Positions 1-10,154 of a stretch of DNA of 56,771 nt are shown here, piece by piece. The notes under the pieces are model-generated. The model saw nothing but the letters and a program-made list of their open reading frames with translations, had not been told where the DNA came from and searched no databases. The position numbers were made by a program, and so were the translations under genes. The stretch's first letter is position 1. Each line of letters opens with the position of its first letter. This DNA comes from Acidimicrobiia bacterium (GTDB lineage Bacteria > Actinomycetota > Acidimicrobiia > Spongiisociales > ZC4RG35), in NCBI GenBank assembly GCA_012270885.1, contig JAAXHN010000043.1, forward strand, positions 1-56,771, written 5' to 3'.

Positions 1-35
1 ATCGAGCCCGAGCCCCAGCCCCCAATCAGTCGAAG

Positions 36-1340
36 TCAGAAGTCGATCACCGTGATCTCGTCGACCGGCCAGCGGGTAAGGACTTCGGCCCCGTTCTCCC
101 GCACCACGATCATCTCTTCCACTCGCATGCCGTAGCGCCCGTCCGGTTCCTGGGTCTCGACCGCCATGGTCATCCCTTCCAGTATCTCGACAGGATGGTC
201 CACCGAGATCCCTCTCCAGATCAGCGGCCTCTCGTATAGCTGCAGTCCCAGTCCGTGTGCCCACTGGTTGGTGGTCATCTGCCAGTAGTGGTCGGCGCCG
301 TACCAATCCATGTGCTCGCCGTCGCGGTCCGGAAACCGCATGGCCACCTCTCCAGTGGTCACCCCCGGCCGGATCGCCTCGATCACGTCGTACAACCAGT
401 CACGAGCGCGCTGGTAGGCGTCGATGGAACTCTGCTTCGGCTTGCCTATCGAGAATGTTCGGTAGACGCACGACCGATAGCCCTGGAAGGTAGCGCTGTA
501 GAAGTCGGCATACATGATGTCGCCGGGGCGGAGCATCCGATCGGTGGTGTTGGCCTGATGCTTGGGCCAGGTGTTCGGGCCGCTGGTGAGATACCCTCCC
601 TCCACCGTTCCCCCCCTGCGCAGTACCGCTTCCACCGCCGCTCCCCAAACCTCCTGTTCGAGCATGCCCGGCTCTGCAGTTTTCTTGATCGCCATGAAGC
701 CGGCCTCACAGATCGCCGAGAGGACCCGGAAACACTCGATCTCGTCCTTCGTCTTGGTCTGGCGAGCGGTGTGCAGGGCATCGGCGGCGCCCGCCCGGAC
801 ATCCAGACCCCGTTCCCGGAGTTTGGCGGCCAAGGCCGACTGGGTGGAATCGATGCCCACCGGATCGCGATGAACGTCGTAGTCGTGGGCAGCCTCGACG
901 ATCAGGTCCGCCATGGTGTTGAGCAGGAACTCCCGGGCCGAGGGCGACCCGCTGGCGCGGGGCACGTTCCCCAGTCCGGGTGCCGCATAGCGAATATCGG
1001 GCAGCCAGGGGCAGTTGGCTCGCTCGTTGCTGGCATGATCGGCTGTGTCCCAATGCACGACGTCCCCCCCGGCGGTGAGAAAGCTGTAGTGATCGGCGCC
1101 CGAACCGCCCAGCATTGCCAGTCCGGTGACGTACCGAATGTTGGGATCGTCCAACAGGAGCACCGAGCCCAGCCCGGCCTCGGCGATGTGATGCTGAGCC
1201 CGCGCTTTGCGTTGGTCGCGCATCCGGGCCATGTTGATTCGTTCCTCCCAGTCCACGGCCATGGTCCCCAAGGTGCCTTCCATGTATGTCGGCTCGTAAA
1301 GGCTCATCGTGTCCCTTTCGTTGTTTGTTGCAGGTGTCAT
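36..1340 (-). CDS. M24 family (Xaa-Pro peptidase/creatinase/DddP-like) metalloenzyme
   Basis: N-terminal DPNIRYVTG. Pita-bread-fold motifs ADF, HGLGL..YE, AVET, RVEE. ATGA overlap with the E2 stop at 1337-1340. Alternative ATG at 1307 with an AAAGGGAC SD. Confidence 0.85.
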   Translation of the reverse strand: MTPATNNERDTMSLYEPTYMEGTLGTMAVDWEERINMARMRDQRKARAQHHIAEAGLGSVLLLDDPNIRYVTGLAMLGGSGADHYSFLTAGGDVVHWDTADHASNERANCPWLPDIRYAAPGLGNVPRASGSPSAREFLLNTMADLIVEAAHDYDVHRDPVGIDSTQSALAAKLRERGLDVRAGAADALHTARQTKTKDEIECFRVLSAICEAGFMAIKKTAEPGMLEQEVWGAAVEAVLRRGGTVEGGYLTSGPNTWPKHQANTTDRMLRPGDIMYADFYSATFQGYRSCVYRTFSIGKPKQSSIDAYQRARDWLYDVIEAIRPGVTTGEVAMRFPDRDGEHMDWYGADHYWQMTTNQWAHGLGLQLYERPLIWRGISVDHPVEILEGMTMAVETQEPDGRYGMRVEEMIVVRENGAEVLTRWPVDEITVIDF

Positions 1341-2488
1341 TTCTCTCCCAAGGATTGGAGTCGGTTGACAATAACCTGGAGAAATCTTGCTCCCTCCATG
1401 CCGTCGAAAACCCGGTGGTCCCCAGTCAGCGTCAGCCGCACCGTGGGCGCCGCCACCAGAGCGCCATCCACGACCATGGGCCTGGGCTTCACCGCGCCTA
1501 CCGCCAGGATGCCTGCCTCCGGAGGGTTTACCAGAGCGATGAATTCGTCCACGCCGGCCCCACCGAGATTCGAGACGGTGAAGGTTCCGCCCTGCAGATC
1601 TTCGGGATGCAAGCGACCGCCGCGGGCCGCCCTCTCTAATCGGCGCCGCTGAATGGATATTTGCCCCGGCGAGAGGGAGGCGGCGTCCTGGATCACCGGC
1701 ACGATCAAACCGTCTTCAATCGCCACCGCAAACCCGAGATTGACCTTCGGATGGGATCGGACCGTGGGCGGATTGCCTTCAATCCAACTGGAGTTGACCG
1801 ACGGCCTTTCCGCTAAAGCCCCGGCCGTGGCCCAAAGCAACAGGTCCGTATAGGTCACCTTCGGCCCCTCTCCCGGATCCTCGGGCCTCTCAAGGATGAC
1901 TTCTCTTACCAACTGGAATTGGGGAACCGCCGCCGACTTCGACATTCGGGCAGCAATCCGAAGCCGCATTCGAGACAGTTCATCGGGGTCCCCCGAGGAG
2001 GCTTGTACAGTCTGGTGGGCCCTCACCACGTCATTTTCGGTGATCCGCCCCCTCGGACCCGTACCCTCCACTCCGGCCAGATCGACTCCCAGTTCCCTTG
2101 CCCGGCGGCGGGCCAGGGGCGAAACCGGCTTCCGTCCTCCCGGCCTCGGCCGGGTCCTTAGGATGGCGGCCTCCGGGGTGGAGGTCTTCTTGGGCTGCGG
2201 CGCCTTCTCACCCGAAGCGGGGGCCGACTCCGGTGAAGGAGGCTTGGCCGTGGGATCATCCGCGATCCATGCGATCGGCTCTCCCGTAGCCAGGGTCGAC
2301 CCCGCATCGGCCAGGACCGCCACCAGGTATCCGCCTGCGGGCGACTCGAAGGCCACCTCTGCCTTGTCGGTCTCGATCACCGCCAGGATTTCCCCCTCCT
2401 GGACCTGGTCACCCAGCGACTTGGCCCACTCCACGAGAGTTCCCTCTTCCATGTCCTGTCCCAATCGGGGCATCTTCACCAGTCGCAT
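1337..2488 (-). CDS. Dihydrolipoamide acyltransferase (E2) of a 2-oxoacid/acetoin dehydrogenase complex
   Basis: Lipoyl motif ETDKA, peripheral-subunit-binding domain SPLARRRA..GTGP.GRIT..DV, catalytic DHRVFDG. Confidence 0.95.
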   Translation of the reverse strand: MRLVKMPRLGQDMEEGTLVEWAKSLGDQVQEGEILAVIETDKAEVAFESPAGGYLVAVLADAGSTLATGEPIAWIADDPTAKPPSPESAPASGEKAPQPKKTSTPEAAILRTRPRPGGRKPVSPLARRRARELGVDLAGVEGTGPRGRITENDVVRAHQTVQASSGDPDELSRMRLRIAARMSKSAAVPQFQLVREVILERPEDPGEGPKVTYTDLLLWATAGALAERPSVNSSWIEGNPPTVRSHPKVNLGFAVAIEDGLIVPVIQDAASLSPGQISIQRRRLERAARGGRLHPEDLQGGTFTVSNLGGAGVDEFIALVNPPEAGILAVGAVKPRPMVVDGALVAAPTVRLTLTGDHRVFDGMEGARFLQVIVNRLQSLGEK

Positions 2489-2521
2489 GTCCTGCCTTCT
2501 TTCCCTACCACACCGTCGCGG

Positions 2522-3274
2522 TCAATGTAGTGTCCAACCGCCGTCGGAGGTGACTATCGCTCCCGTGACGAAGCTGGGGTCATCGGAGGCCAGGAAGGCT
2601 ATTACTGCGGCTATCTCCTCAGGCTCACCGTGGCGGCCCATGGGCGTGCCGGACAGCATCTCCGACCAACTCTCCGGATCCTCCCGCAGGTCGGCGTTCA
2701 TGCCGGTGGCGATTACTCCCGGAGAGACCGCGTTGACGCGGATCCCGTAAGGCGCGGTCTCGAATCCCACCGAGCGGGTGAGCATGGTGATCGCTCCCTT
2801 GGAGGCAGTGTAAGCGACATGCCCGCGTCCGGGAAGCACCGCCTCGATGGAAGCCACGTTCACTATTGCGCCCTGGATTCCGGCCTCGATCATAGATGCG
2901 ACCACATCTCTGGACAGAATGAACGGCGCCTTCAGGTTTACGTCGAAGGTCAGGTCCCAGGCCTCCCTCGAATGAGACAGGATGGGTTCGCGGATCAGGA
3001 TGGCCGCTGCGTTGACCAGGATGTGGATCCGGTTGTCCCAGTGTGCCAAGGCAGCGGCCACCACCTCCTGGCACGACGAGCCAAGGCTCAGATCGGCGGT
3101 GAATCCGACATGTCCTTCGCCCAACGTGCTGACCACTCTCGCCAAGCCCTCCTCATCCCGATCCACACAGAAGAGATTGGCGCCGTCGGTGGCCAGCCTG
3201 ATGGCGGTGGCTTTCCCGATCCCCGAGGCGACCCCGGTGACGATGGCGTTCTTCCCCGAAAGCTTCCCCCTCAT
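2522..3274 (-). CDS. SDR family oxidoreductase
   Basis: TGVASGIG Rossmann motif, YTASK catalytic motif, IRVNAVSPG. Confidence 0.95.
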   Translation of the reverse strand: MRGKLSGKNAIVTGVASGIGKATAIRLATDGANLFCVDRDEEGLARVVSTLGEGHVGFTADLSLGSSCQEVVAAALAHWDNRIHILVNAAAILIREPILSHSREAWDLTFDVNLKAPFILSRDVVASMIEAGIQGAIVNVASIEAVLPGRGHVAYTASKGAITMLTRSVGFETAPYGIRVNAVSPGVIATGMNADLREDPESWSEMLSGTPMGRHGEPEEIAAVIAFLASDDPSFVTGAIVTSDGGWTLH

Positions 3275-4020
3275 TGCAGCATGTACCCCCCATCGGCATA
3301 CAGCGCCGTGCCGGTCACGAACGCCGCGTCATCGCTCAACAGGAAGAAGACACAGGCGCCGATGTCCTCCGGTCTCCCGAGACGGCCGATCGGCATCAGT
3401 TTCGGCGCCTCCTGCCGGTAGACATCGGGTGTCATCTCGGTGTCGACCGAACCGGGACTGACCGCATTCACCCGAATCCCCAGCGGCCCCCACTCCAGAG
3501 CCAGGACCTTGGTCATGGAGAGGAGTCCTCCCTTGGAGCAGGCGTAGGGGACCTGCTCGGGATAGGCGATGGTGTCCTCCGCCGAACTGATGTTGACGAT
3601 CGCCCCTGCCTGACCGTTCTCGACCCAGTAGTTCGCCGCGGCTTGGCACAGGAAGAAGGGAGCGGTGAGATTGGTGGCGATCGTCTCATCGAGGGTGGCC
3701 TCGGACTGTGTCCAGAAGGGAGCAAAGACATTGACGGCCGCGTTGTTGACCAGCCCATCCAGGCGACCGAATCGATCGATGGCCGTCTCAACCAGCACGG
3801 GTGGAGTGTCCGGATCCTTGAGGTCCGCCACCACAATTGCCGCCGAGCCTCCGGCCTGCTCCACCAGTTGTCCGATCACCTCCAGATCCTTCCGCGTGCG
3901 GGAAGTGATGACCAGGTCGTATCCTCGCTCGGCCAGGGTGGTTGCGATCCCCTTGCCGATCCCCCTACCCGCCCCGGTGAGGATGGCGGCCTTCCTTCCT
4001 GACCGGTCGGCGCCGGTCAT
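3271..4020 (-). CDS. SDR family oxidoreductase
   Basis: TGAGRGIG, NNAA, YACSK. Start moved to ATG 4020, which gives an ATGA overlap with the aminotransferase stop; the ORF-track extension to 4137 overlaps the upstream gene. Confidence 0.93.
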   Translation of the reverse strand: MTGADRSGRKAAILTGAGRGIGKGIATTLAERGYDLVITSRTRKDLEVIGQLVEQAGGSAAIVVADLKDPDTPPVLVETAIDRFGRLDGLVNNAAVNVFAPFWTQSEATLDETIATNLTAPFFLCQAAANYWVENGQAGAIVNISSAEDTIAYPEQVPYACSKGGLLSMTKVLALEWGPLGIRVNAVSPGSVDTEMTPDVYRQEAPKLMPIGRLGRPEDIGACVFFLLSDDAAFVTGTALYADGGYMLQ

Positions 4021-5372
4021 GACGCCATCTCCAGCACCGTCTCCAAACCCGAGGCGGACCGGTCGACGTCCGACTCGGTGTGGCCGTAGGCCACCACCCC
4101 GGGGTGGACGGGCGGCCACAGGATCCCGTGTGCGCACAGGCCGAGCAGCACCGCACTCAGCAGGGCGAGGTCCCCGGCCAGGATCTCCCTCCGGTTGCGG
4201 GGAGGGGCTTCGGTGAAATGCAGTTGGAAGATGGAGCCCAACCCGGTCATGTGACCCAGTCCGTGGGAGTCGAGCACCTCTTGGAGGGTGGAGCGCAACC
4301 TGCCGCCCAGCCAGTCGATGTGTTCGAGCACCGGCTCCCTTTCAAGGACGTCAAGGACGGCCATTCCCGCCGCCAGGGAGACGGGGTTTCCGGTGAAGGT
4401 CCCGGAGTGGAAGATGTGGCTGCCCCGCGCATGGGCCGAAGCGCCCAGAACGGCTTCCATGATGTCGGCTCGTCCACCCACCGCCGATAACGGCAGACCC
4501 CCTCCGATGGCTTTCCCGATGCAGGACAGATCCGGCGTCACCCCCAGATATCCGGGAGCGCCGGCGGTCCCCAGACGCAGGCCGGTCACCACCTCGTCGA
4601 AGATCAACACGATCCCATGTTGGGCGGTGATGTCCCGGACCGCCCGGGCGAAGTGACGATCGGCGGCCACCGCCCCACCGCTGGAGAAAGCCACCGGCTC
4701 CATCACCACCGCGGCCAGGTCGGAGGCGTTCTCGGAGATGAGAGCCACCGCACCTTCGACATCGTTGTAGGGGAGCAACACGGTCTCGTCCCGGATGCGG
4801 TCGGGAATCCCGGCCGAGTCGGGGACCGGCCGGGGGCGGTGGGGAGGTCCCGCCACCTCCCGTGAGACCGAGGACAGGAGAAAGTAGTCGTCTGAACCGT
4901 GATAGTTGCCCTCGAACTTGGCATAGCGCACCCGGCCGGTTGCCGCCCGGGCGGCGCGCAGGGCGGTGCGAACCGCCTCGGAACCCGTGTTGGCAAACCG
5001 GAGACGTTCCAGATACGGCATCAGCCCTCGAAGTCGCTCGGCAAACTTCCGTTCCAGGGGAGCCGGCGCCAGGACAGTAGCCATCCGGCCGATCTGATCC
5101 CGCACCGCCGCCACCACGGAAGGATGGGAGTGGCCCAACAAGGATGACCCGGCGCCCATCAGAAGATCGACATAGTCGTTTCCGTCCACATCCGTAACAT
5201 GCCCCCCTGACCCGGCAGCCAGCACCACCGGGTACGGATCGTAGAACTTGGCGGCTCCCGAGACCCCCATGGGCAGGATCCCCTTGCTCTCCTCCCACAC
5301 CGCCCGGGAACCCGGAGTGCGATCCCGGTAGAGGGCTTCGACCTTCCGAGCCAGGGGTCCGGCGTCTTTCAC
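4017..5372 (-). CDS. Class III PLP aminotransferase (glutamate-1-semialdehyde aminomutase-like), copy 1
   Basis: DVDGN.YVD, NTGSEA, FEGNYHG, FDEVVTG, GKAIGGG (PLP lysine), HSGTF.GNP. Confidence 0.93.
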   Translation of the reverse strand: MKDAGPLARKVEALYRDRTPGSRAVWEESKGILPMGVSGAAKFYDPYPVVLAAGSGGHVTDVDGNDYVDLLMGAGSSLLGHSHPSVVAAVRDQIGRMATVLAPAPLERKFAERLRGLMPYLERLRFANTGSEAVRTALRAARAATGRVRYAKFEGNYHGSDDYFLLSSVSREVAGPPHRPRPVPDSAGIPDRIRDETVLLPYNDVEGAVALISENASDLAAVVMEPVAFSSGGAVAADRHFARAVRDITAQHGIVLIFDEVVTGLRLGTAGAPGYLGVTPDLSCIGKAIGGGLPLSAVGGRADIMEAVLGASAHARGSHIFHSGTFTGNPVSLAAGMAVLDVLEREPVLEHIDWLGGRLRSTLQEVLDSHGLGHMTGLGSIFQLHFTEAPPRNRREILAGDLALLSAVLLGLCAHGILWPPVHPGVVAYGHTESDVDRSASGLETVLEMAS

Positions 5373-7138
5373 CTTCGGTCCTCCCTCAGAGTCTCCCGGC
5401 GGGCATCAGTTCCCTCCTGGTCCGGAGCGCCCTCGGAGTCCAGCACCACCCCGTAATCCTCGAAAGCGCTCCGGCGGGAAACGTATTCGTACTCGACATC
5501 GCGGGCCACCGCCGCCGGATCCCGATCCAACGGATCGCCATATCCACCACCCCCCGCCGTCTCCTGGTTGACCACCTGGTCGCGCTCCAGGGGGACCATC
5601 GACTTCTTGGCGCCGAACTCGGGAGCGGCCAGCCGTTCGGCGGGCGTGCCCGCATCGATCCTGTAACGGGCCGGCGCGCCATGGTGGCCGCCGAACAGAC
5701 CGTAGGGTGGGACTCTTACCCGGTTGCCCAGCACCGACAACTCCCCGGTGGGGGCAAGCAGCCGGTAGTCGCGTCGCACCGACAGCCCGCCCCTCCATTG
5801 ACCGGGACCTCCCGAGTCCTGACGGAGCTCGTACCGGTCGATGCGAAGCGGGTACCTCATCTCGATCGCCTCCACCGGAAGATTCCAGGTGTTGCCGACT
5901 ATCGAATAGATGGCGCTCTGGCCGTCCCGGCCTTCGGCCCCGCCCCATCCCCCTTCGGGATACTCATAGAGGACGAACCGCTCCCCGTCCTCGCCGAAGC
6001 CGCTCAGGAACAGATTGTTGGACGATCCCTGGTCGGCGGCCATCAATCGGACCGGATTGGGGATGTCCCGAGGGATCTCCGCCAGCGCCCGGTAAACCGC
6101 GTTGTGGATCACCGAGACGATCTCGTTGCCACCCGTGCAGGCAGCCGGGAAGATGGGATTGACGATCGTGCCCTCCGGGGCGATGATCTCCACCGGCCGG
6201 TAGCACCCCCCATTGGGCGGGATGGTGGGATCGGTGGCAGCCTGGATGGTCATGTATACACCCGAGGCGGTGTAGCCCAGGACACTGTTCAGGGGGCCCT
6301 CCACCTGCGCGTCGGTGCCGCTGAAGTCCACCACCACCCCGTCACCCCGAACCTTTACCGTCACCCTGACCGTGCGGGGGACGTCGGTAATCCCGTCGTT
6401 GTCCATGGAGTCCTCGGCGTAGTAGTCGCCGTCGGGCCACCCGGCGATCGCCGCGCGGATCCGGCGTTCGGAGTTGTCCATCTCGATCGCCATGCACTGC
6501 TCCACGGTCTCCAATCCGTACCGCTCCACCAACTCGATCAGCCGGCGGCGGGCGGTGAGGTTGGCCGATACCTGGCTCAGGAGATCCGACCGCATGTTCT
6601 CGGGGAGCCGCACGTTGGCCAGGATCATCTGCATGATCTCCTCGTCGATCTCCCCCTCCTTGATCAGCCTCACCGGCGGGATCCGTAGGCCCTCCTGGTA
6701 GTTCTCCCGAGCCTGGGCGTAGAAACTCCCTGGCACCGTTCCCCCCACATCCAGGTGGTGAGCCCGATTGGCTCCCCATCCGATCAGTCTCCCCTCAAAG
6801 AAAATGGGAGTCACCATCGTCACATCCGGGAGATGAGACCCGCCCCGGAAGGGATCGTTGAGAATGATGGAGTCTCCCGGCCGGAACCGGTCGGCGCCCA
6901 CCTCGTCGATGGAGTAGTTCACCGAATAGGGGAGGGAACCCAGATGGATGGGCAGGAACTCCCCGTGACTCACCAACTCGGTCTGAGCGTTGAACATCCC
7001 ACATGAGTAGTCGTTCCCCTCGTTGAAGATGGTGGAACTTGACGTCTGGCGCATGGTGATGCCCATCTCCCTGGCGCCGGCGGCCAGCCCGCTGGTCACC
7101 ACCTCGACGGTGACCTGATCAACCTGGGGGCCGCTCAT
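5369..7138 (-). CDS. Hydantoinase B/oxoprolinase subunit, copy 1
   Basis: PIHLGS, NDPFRGGSHLPD, HHLDVGG, DSGGPG.WRGG, TAGGGGYGDP. Confidence 0.95.
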   Translation of the reverse strand: MSGPQVDQVTVEVVTSGLAAGAREMGITMRQTSSSTIFNEGNDYSCGMFNAQTELVSHGEFLPIHLGSLPYSVNYSIDEVGADRFRPGDSIILNDPFRGGSHLPDVTMVTPIFFEGRLIGWGANRAHHLDVGGTVPGSFYAQARENYQEGLRIPPVRLIKEGEIDEEIMQMILANVRLPENMRSDLLSQVSANLTARRRLIELVERYGLETVEQCMAIEMDNSERRIRAAIAGWPDGDYYAEDSMDNDGITDVPRTVRVTVKVRGDGVVVDFSGTDAQVEGPLNSVLGYTASGVYMTIQAATDPTIPPNGGCYRPVEIIAPEGTIVNPIFPAACTGGNEIVSVIHNAVYRALAEIPRDIPNPVRLMAADQGSSNNLFLSGFGEDGERFVLYEYPEGGWGGAEGRDGQSAIYSIVGNTWNLPVEAIEMRYPLRIDRYELRQDSGGPGQWRGGLSVRRDYRLLAPTGELSVLGNRVRVPPYGLFGGHHGAPARYRIDAGTPAERLAAPEFGAKKSMVPLERDQVVNQETAGGGGYGDPLDRDPAAVARDVEYEYVSRRSAFEDYGVVLDSEGAPDQEGTDARRETLREDRR

Positions 7139-9165
7139 GGCAGGTCCACCACTATGGCGCCGGTGGCATGCACCCGGACCTCGCCGAACGGCAGATAGGT
7201 GGTGGAGTCCAACTGCTGGATCACCGAAGGCGTCATCAAGGTCTGTCCCGGCTCCAGATCTTCGCGGTGATAGATCGGCACGCTCGATGCCTCACCCTGC
7301 ACGGAGACCACCCGGCGAAACGATCTCGGCTCCGCTTCGCCCAACGCTCCCGACCCCCCTCCCAGGAGCGGCTTGGGGGTGGCGCCGAGACCGGTGAGCC
7401 TCACATTCACCAGATCGACCCGGTCGTCGCCGAGCGCATGCCCGTATCGGGTGCGGTGAGCGACATGAAAATCGGCGATAGCCCGGCTCAGAGTGGAAGC
7501 GTCGGGGCGGAGCGAGGTGAGGGGCACGTTCAGCTCGTAGGCCTGGCCGGCGTAGCGCATGTCGAGGCTGGCCCGGAGGGTCCGATTCTCCGGCGGGATA
7601 CTGTCCTCATCCAGTTCCCGGCGCGCATCCTCCGCCAAGACCGAAAGAATCTCCACCAGATCCGAGGGATCCAGCCGAGCGACACGGGCCCGGAGGGTGG
7701 CCACCAGGTCATGGCGAACATCCGAAGCGAGGATCCCGAGCGCCGAGTTGCACCCGGGGATAGGAGGAACCACCACCCGGCGCAGGGCCAGCTCCTCGGC
7801 GATGTGCACCCCGTGGGTGGGCCCCGCCCCGCCGAAGGGCACCAGAGCGAAGTCCCGGGGGTCTCGGCCCCGCTCGATGGAGACGGTGCGCAGGGCATGC
7901 ATCATGTTGGCGTTGACCAGTCGAACGATCCCCACCGCCGCGTCGACGACCGAGAGCCCCAGGGGTTTTCCCACATGCTCTTCGATGGCCCGGGCGGCCA
8001 GGTCGATGTCGGGGTATATCTCACCGCCCATCTGAAAGTCCGGATCGTAGACGCCCAGCACCAGGTTGGCGTCGGTGACAGTGGGCAACTCCCCTCCCCG
8101 GCCGTAGCAGGCCGGTCCGGGGTCCGAGCCCGCCGAATCCGGCCCCACCGACACCCTGCCGAAGTCATCGACCTTGGCGATACTCCCCCCACCGGCGCCC
8201 ACGGTGTGGATGTCGAGAGTCGGGTATGACACCGAATAGCCACCGATCTCGAAGTCGAGTCGGGTGTCCGGCTCGCCGCCCGTAATACCGGCCACATCAC
8301 AACTCGTTCCTCCCATGTCGAGGGTAAGGAGATGGGTCTCCCCCAGCAGCCGTCCCAGATAGGCAGAGGCCATCACTCCCCCGGCCGGCCCCGAAAGCAG
8401 GGTCAGGATGGGAAAGGAGGCGGCCCGGTCGGGGCGCACCAAACCGCCGTTGGACTGCATCATCTGCAACCACACATACAGTTTGCTCTCCGCCAACTCG
8501 GCTCGCAGTCGGCTGAAATAGCTCCTCACCAGAGGAGTCAGGTAGGCGTTCATCACGGTGGTGCTGGTCCGTTCATATTCCCGGTGGAGAGGAAGGGCCT
8601 CCGAGGAGATTGTTATGTCGTCTGAGAGTCCGGGGAGCTCTTCGGACAGGATTTCCCGAGTGCGAAGCTCATGGGCCGGGTTCATGAAAGAAAAGAGGTA
8701 GGAAACCGCGATCGACTCCACCCCCGCGTGACGAATCTTCCGGGCCACGGCCCGGACCGCCTGCTCATCGAGGGCTGTCACCTCGCTTCCGTCAGCGGCC
8801 GTCCTCTCGGGGATCTCGAACCGGAGGGGGCGGGGCACGATCGGGGCGGGGATCTCTTCGTAGATGTCAAACAGCGTGGATCGGTGAGTGCGACGGATTT
8901 CCAGCACGTCGCGGAACCCTTGGGTGGTCAGAAGAGCGGTCTCGGCGCCGGACCTGGTCAGAACCGCGTTGGTGGCCAACGTCGTGCCGTAGCCAACGGT
9001 CTCCAACTGGTCGCGGTTGGCGGCCTTGGCGAGGGCCGCCAGAAAACCGGGCGTGGGATCGGGGTAGGTGGTAAGAGCCTTGGCCTGGACCAGGCGGCCG
9101 GTGGACTCGTCGATGGTGACCACGTCGGTAAAGGTCCCCCCTATGTCGACCGCCGCCCTGGTCAT
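7135..9165 (-). CDS. Hydantoinase A/oxoprolinase ATP-binding subunit, copy 1
   Basis: DIGGTFTD, SGPAGG, DMGGTSCD, GAGGGS, SAGSDPGPACYG, FGGAGPTH. Confidence 0.95.
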   Translation of the reverse strand: MTRAAVDIGGTFTDVVTIDESTGRLVQAKALTTYPDPTPGFLAALAKAANRDQLETVGYGTTLATNAVLTRSGAETALLTTQGFRDVLEIRRTHRSTLFDIYEEIPAPIVPRPLRFEIPERTAADGSEVTALDEQAVRAVARKIRHAGVESIAVSYLFSFMNPAHELRTREILSEELPGLSDDITISSEALPLHREYERTSTTVMNAYLTPLVRSYFSRLRAELAESKLYVWLQMMQSNGGLVRPDRAASFPILTLLSGPAGGVMASAYLGRLLGETHLLTLDMGGTSCDVAGITGGEPDTRLDFEIGGYSVSYPTLDIHTVGAGGGSIAKVDDFGRVSVGPDSAGSDPGPACYGRGGELPTVTDANLVLGVYDPDFQMGGEIYPDIDLAARAIEEHVGKPLGLSVVDAAVGIVRLVNANMMHALRTVSIERGRDPRDFALVPFGGAGPTHGVHIAEELALRRVVVPPIPGCNSALGILASDVRHDLVATLRARVARLDPSDLVEILSVLAEDARRELDEDSIPPENRTLRASLDMRYAGQAYELNVPLTSLRPDASTLSRAIADFHVAHRTRYGHALGDDRVDLVNVRLTGLGATPKPLLGGGSGALGEAEPRSFRRVVSVQGEASSVPIYHREDLEPGQTLMTPSVIQQLDSTTYLPFGEVRVHATGAIVVDLP

Positions 9166-10154
9166 TCCGAGTACTCCGCAAGGTCGAGACTCTCCCGGAT
9201 CCGCCTGGCGATCAGGCGCTCGTCCGAGATCATGGCCGCTTCCAGTTCCCGGGCGAAGGGAATCGGAGTTGCCTTGCTACCGGCGCGAAGGGGCGGCGCA
9301 TCCAGCTCGTCGAACCCCTCGGCCACCACCCTGGCGACCAACTCCCCAGCCCAGCCACCCCTCTCCACGGCTTCGTGGGCCACGACCAATCGATGGGTGC
9401 GGGAGAGAGACTCCAGGACGATCTCGACATCCATGGGCACCAGGGTCCTCAGGTCGATCACCTCGACCGAGACGCCCTCTTCCTCCATCTCGAGAGCAGC
9501 CGCCAGGGCCTGATGGACGGATTTGCCCACCGCGGCCACGGTGACGTCTTCCCCCCGGCGCCTGACCACTCCCTGTCCGAGCGGGATGGGTGCCACCGGG
9601 TCGGGTACCGGTCCCGTGGTCCTGTAAAGAGCCCGATGCTCGACGAACAGCACCGGGTGCTCCAGTTCCACTGAGGTCTTGAAGAGGCCCTTGACGTCCT
9701 GGGGTGTGGAGGGCACCGCCACCGCCAGCCCGGGGACGTGCAGGAACCAACTCTCCAGGGTCTGGGAGTGCTGCGAGCCGTGGTGGGTGCCAGATCCCCC
9801 CTGGGTCCTGATGACCATCGGCGCCCGCAACTGGTCACCGGACATGTAGCGCATCTTGGCGGCGTGATTCACGATGGCGTCCATGCCGCAGGCAACGAAG
9901 TCCATGAACATGACCTCGACGATGGGCCGCATCCCCGTCACCGCCGCTCCCACCCCCGCGCCGAGCATCGACTGCTCGGCAATCGGCATGTCGCGAACCC
10001 GGTGACCACCGAATCGGCGAACGAAGTCCTGGGTGGCTCGGAACACCCCTCCGTAGGAACCGATCTCCTGTCCCATGATGAACACCCGGTCGTCTGACGC
10101 CAGGGCCTCGGCCTGAGCCTCCCGTACCGCCTCGATGAAGGTGATCTCCCGCAT
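9162..10154 (-). CDS. TPP-dependent dehydrogenase E1 beta subunit (pyruvate/acetoin type)
   Basis: DMPIAEQ, EVMFMDF, SQHSQ, IDLRTLVP. Confidence 0.95.
   Translation of the reverse strand: MREITFIEAVREAQAEALASDDRVFIMGQEIGSYGGVFRATQDFVRRFGGHRVRDMPIAEQSMLGAGVGAAVTGMRPIVEVMFMDFVACGMDAIVNHAAKMRYMSGDQLRAPMVIRTQGGSGTHHGSQHSQTLESWFLHVPGLAVAVPSTPQDVKGLFKTSVELEHPVLFVEHRALYRTTGPVPDPVAPIPLGQGVVRRRGEDVTVAAVGKSVHQALAAALEMEEEGVSVEVIDLRTLVPMDVEIVLESLSRTHRLVVAHEAVERGGWAGELVARVVAEGFDELDAPPLRAGSKATPIPFARELEAAMISDERLIARRIRESLDLAEYSE

Noticed and set aside
4017-5372. Calling the class III aminotransferases hemL
   Set aside because: There are two diverged copies in a catabolic context with no tetrapyrrole genes; only a family-level call is supported.
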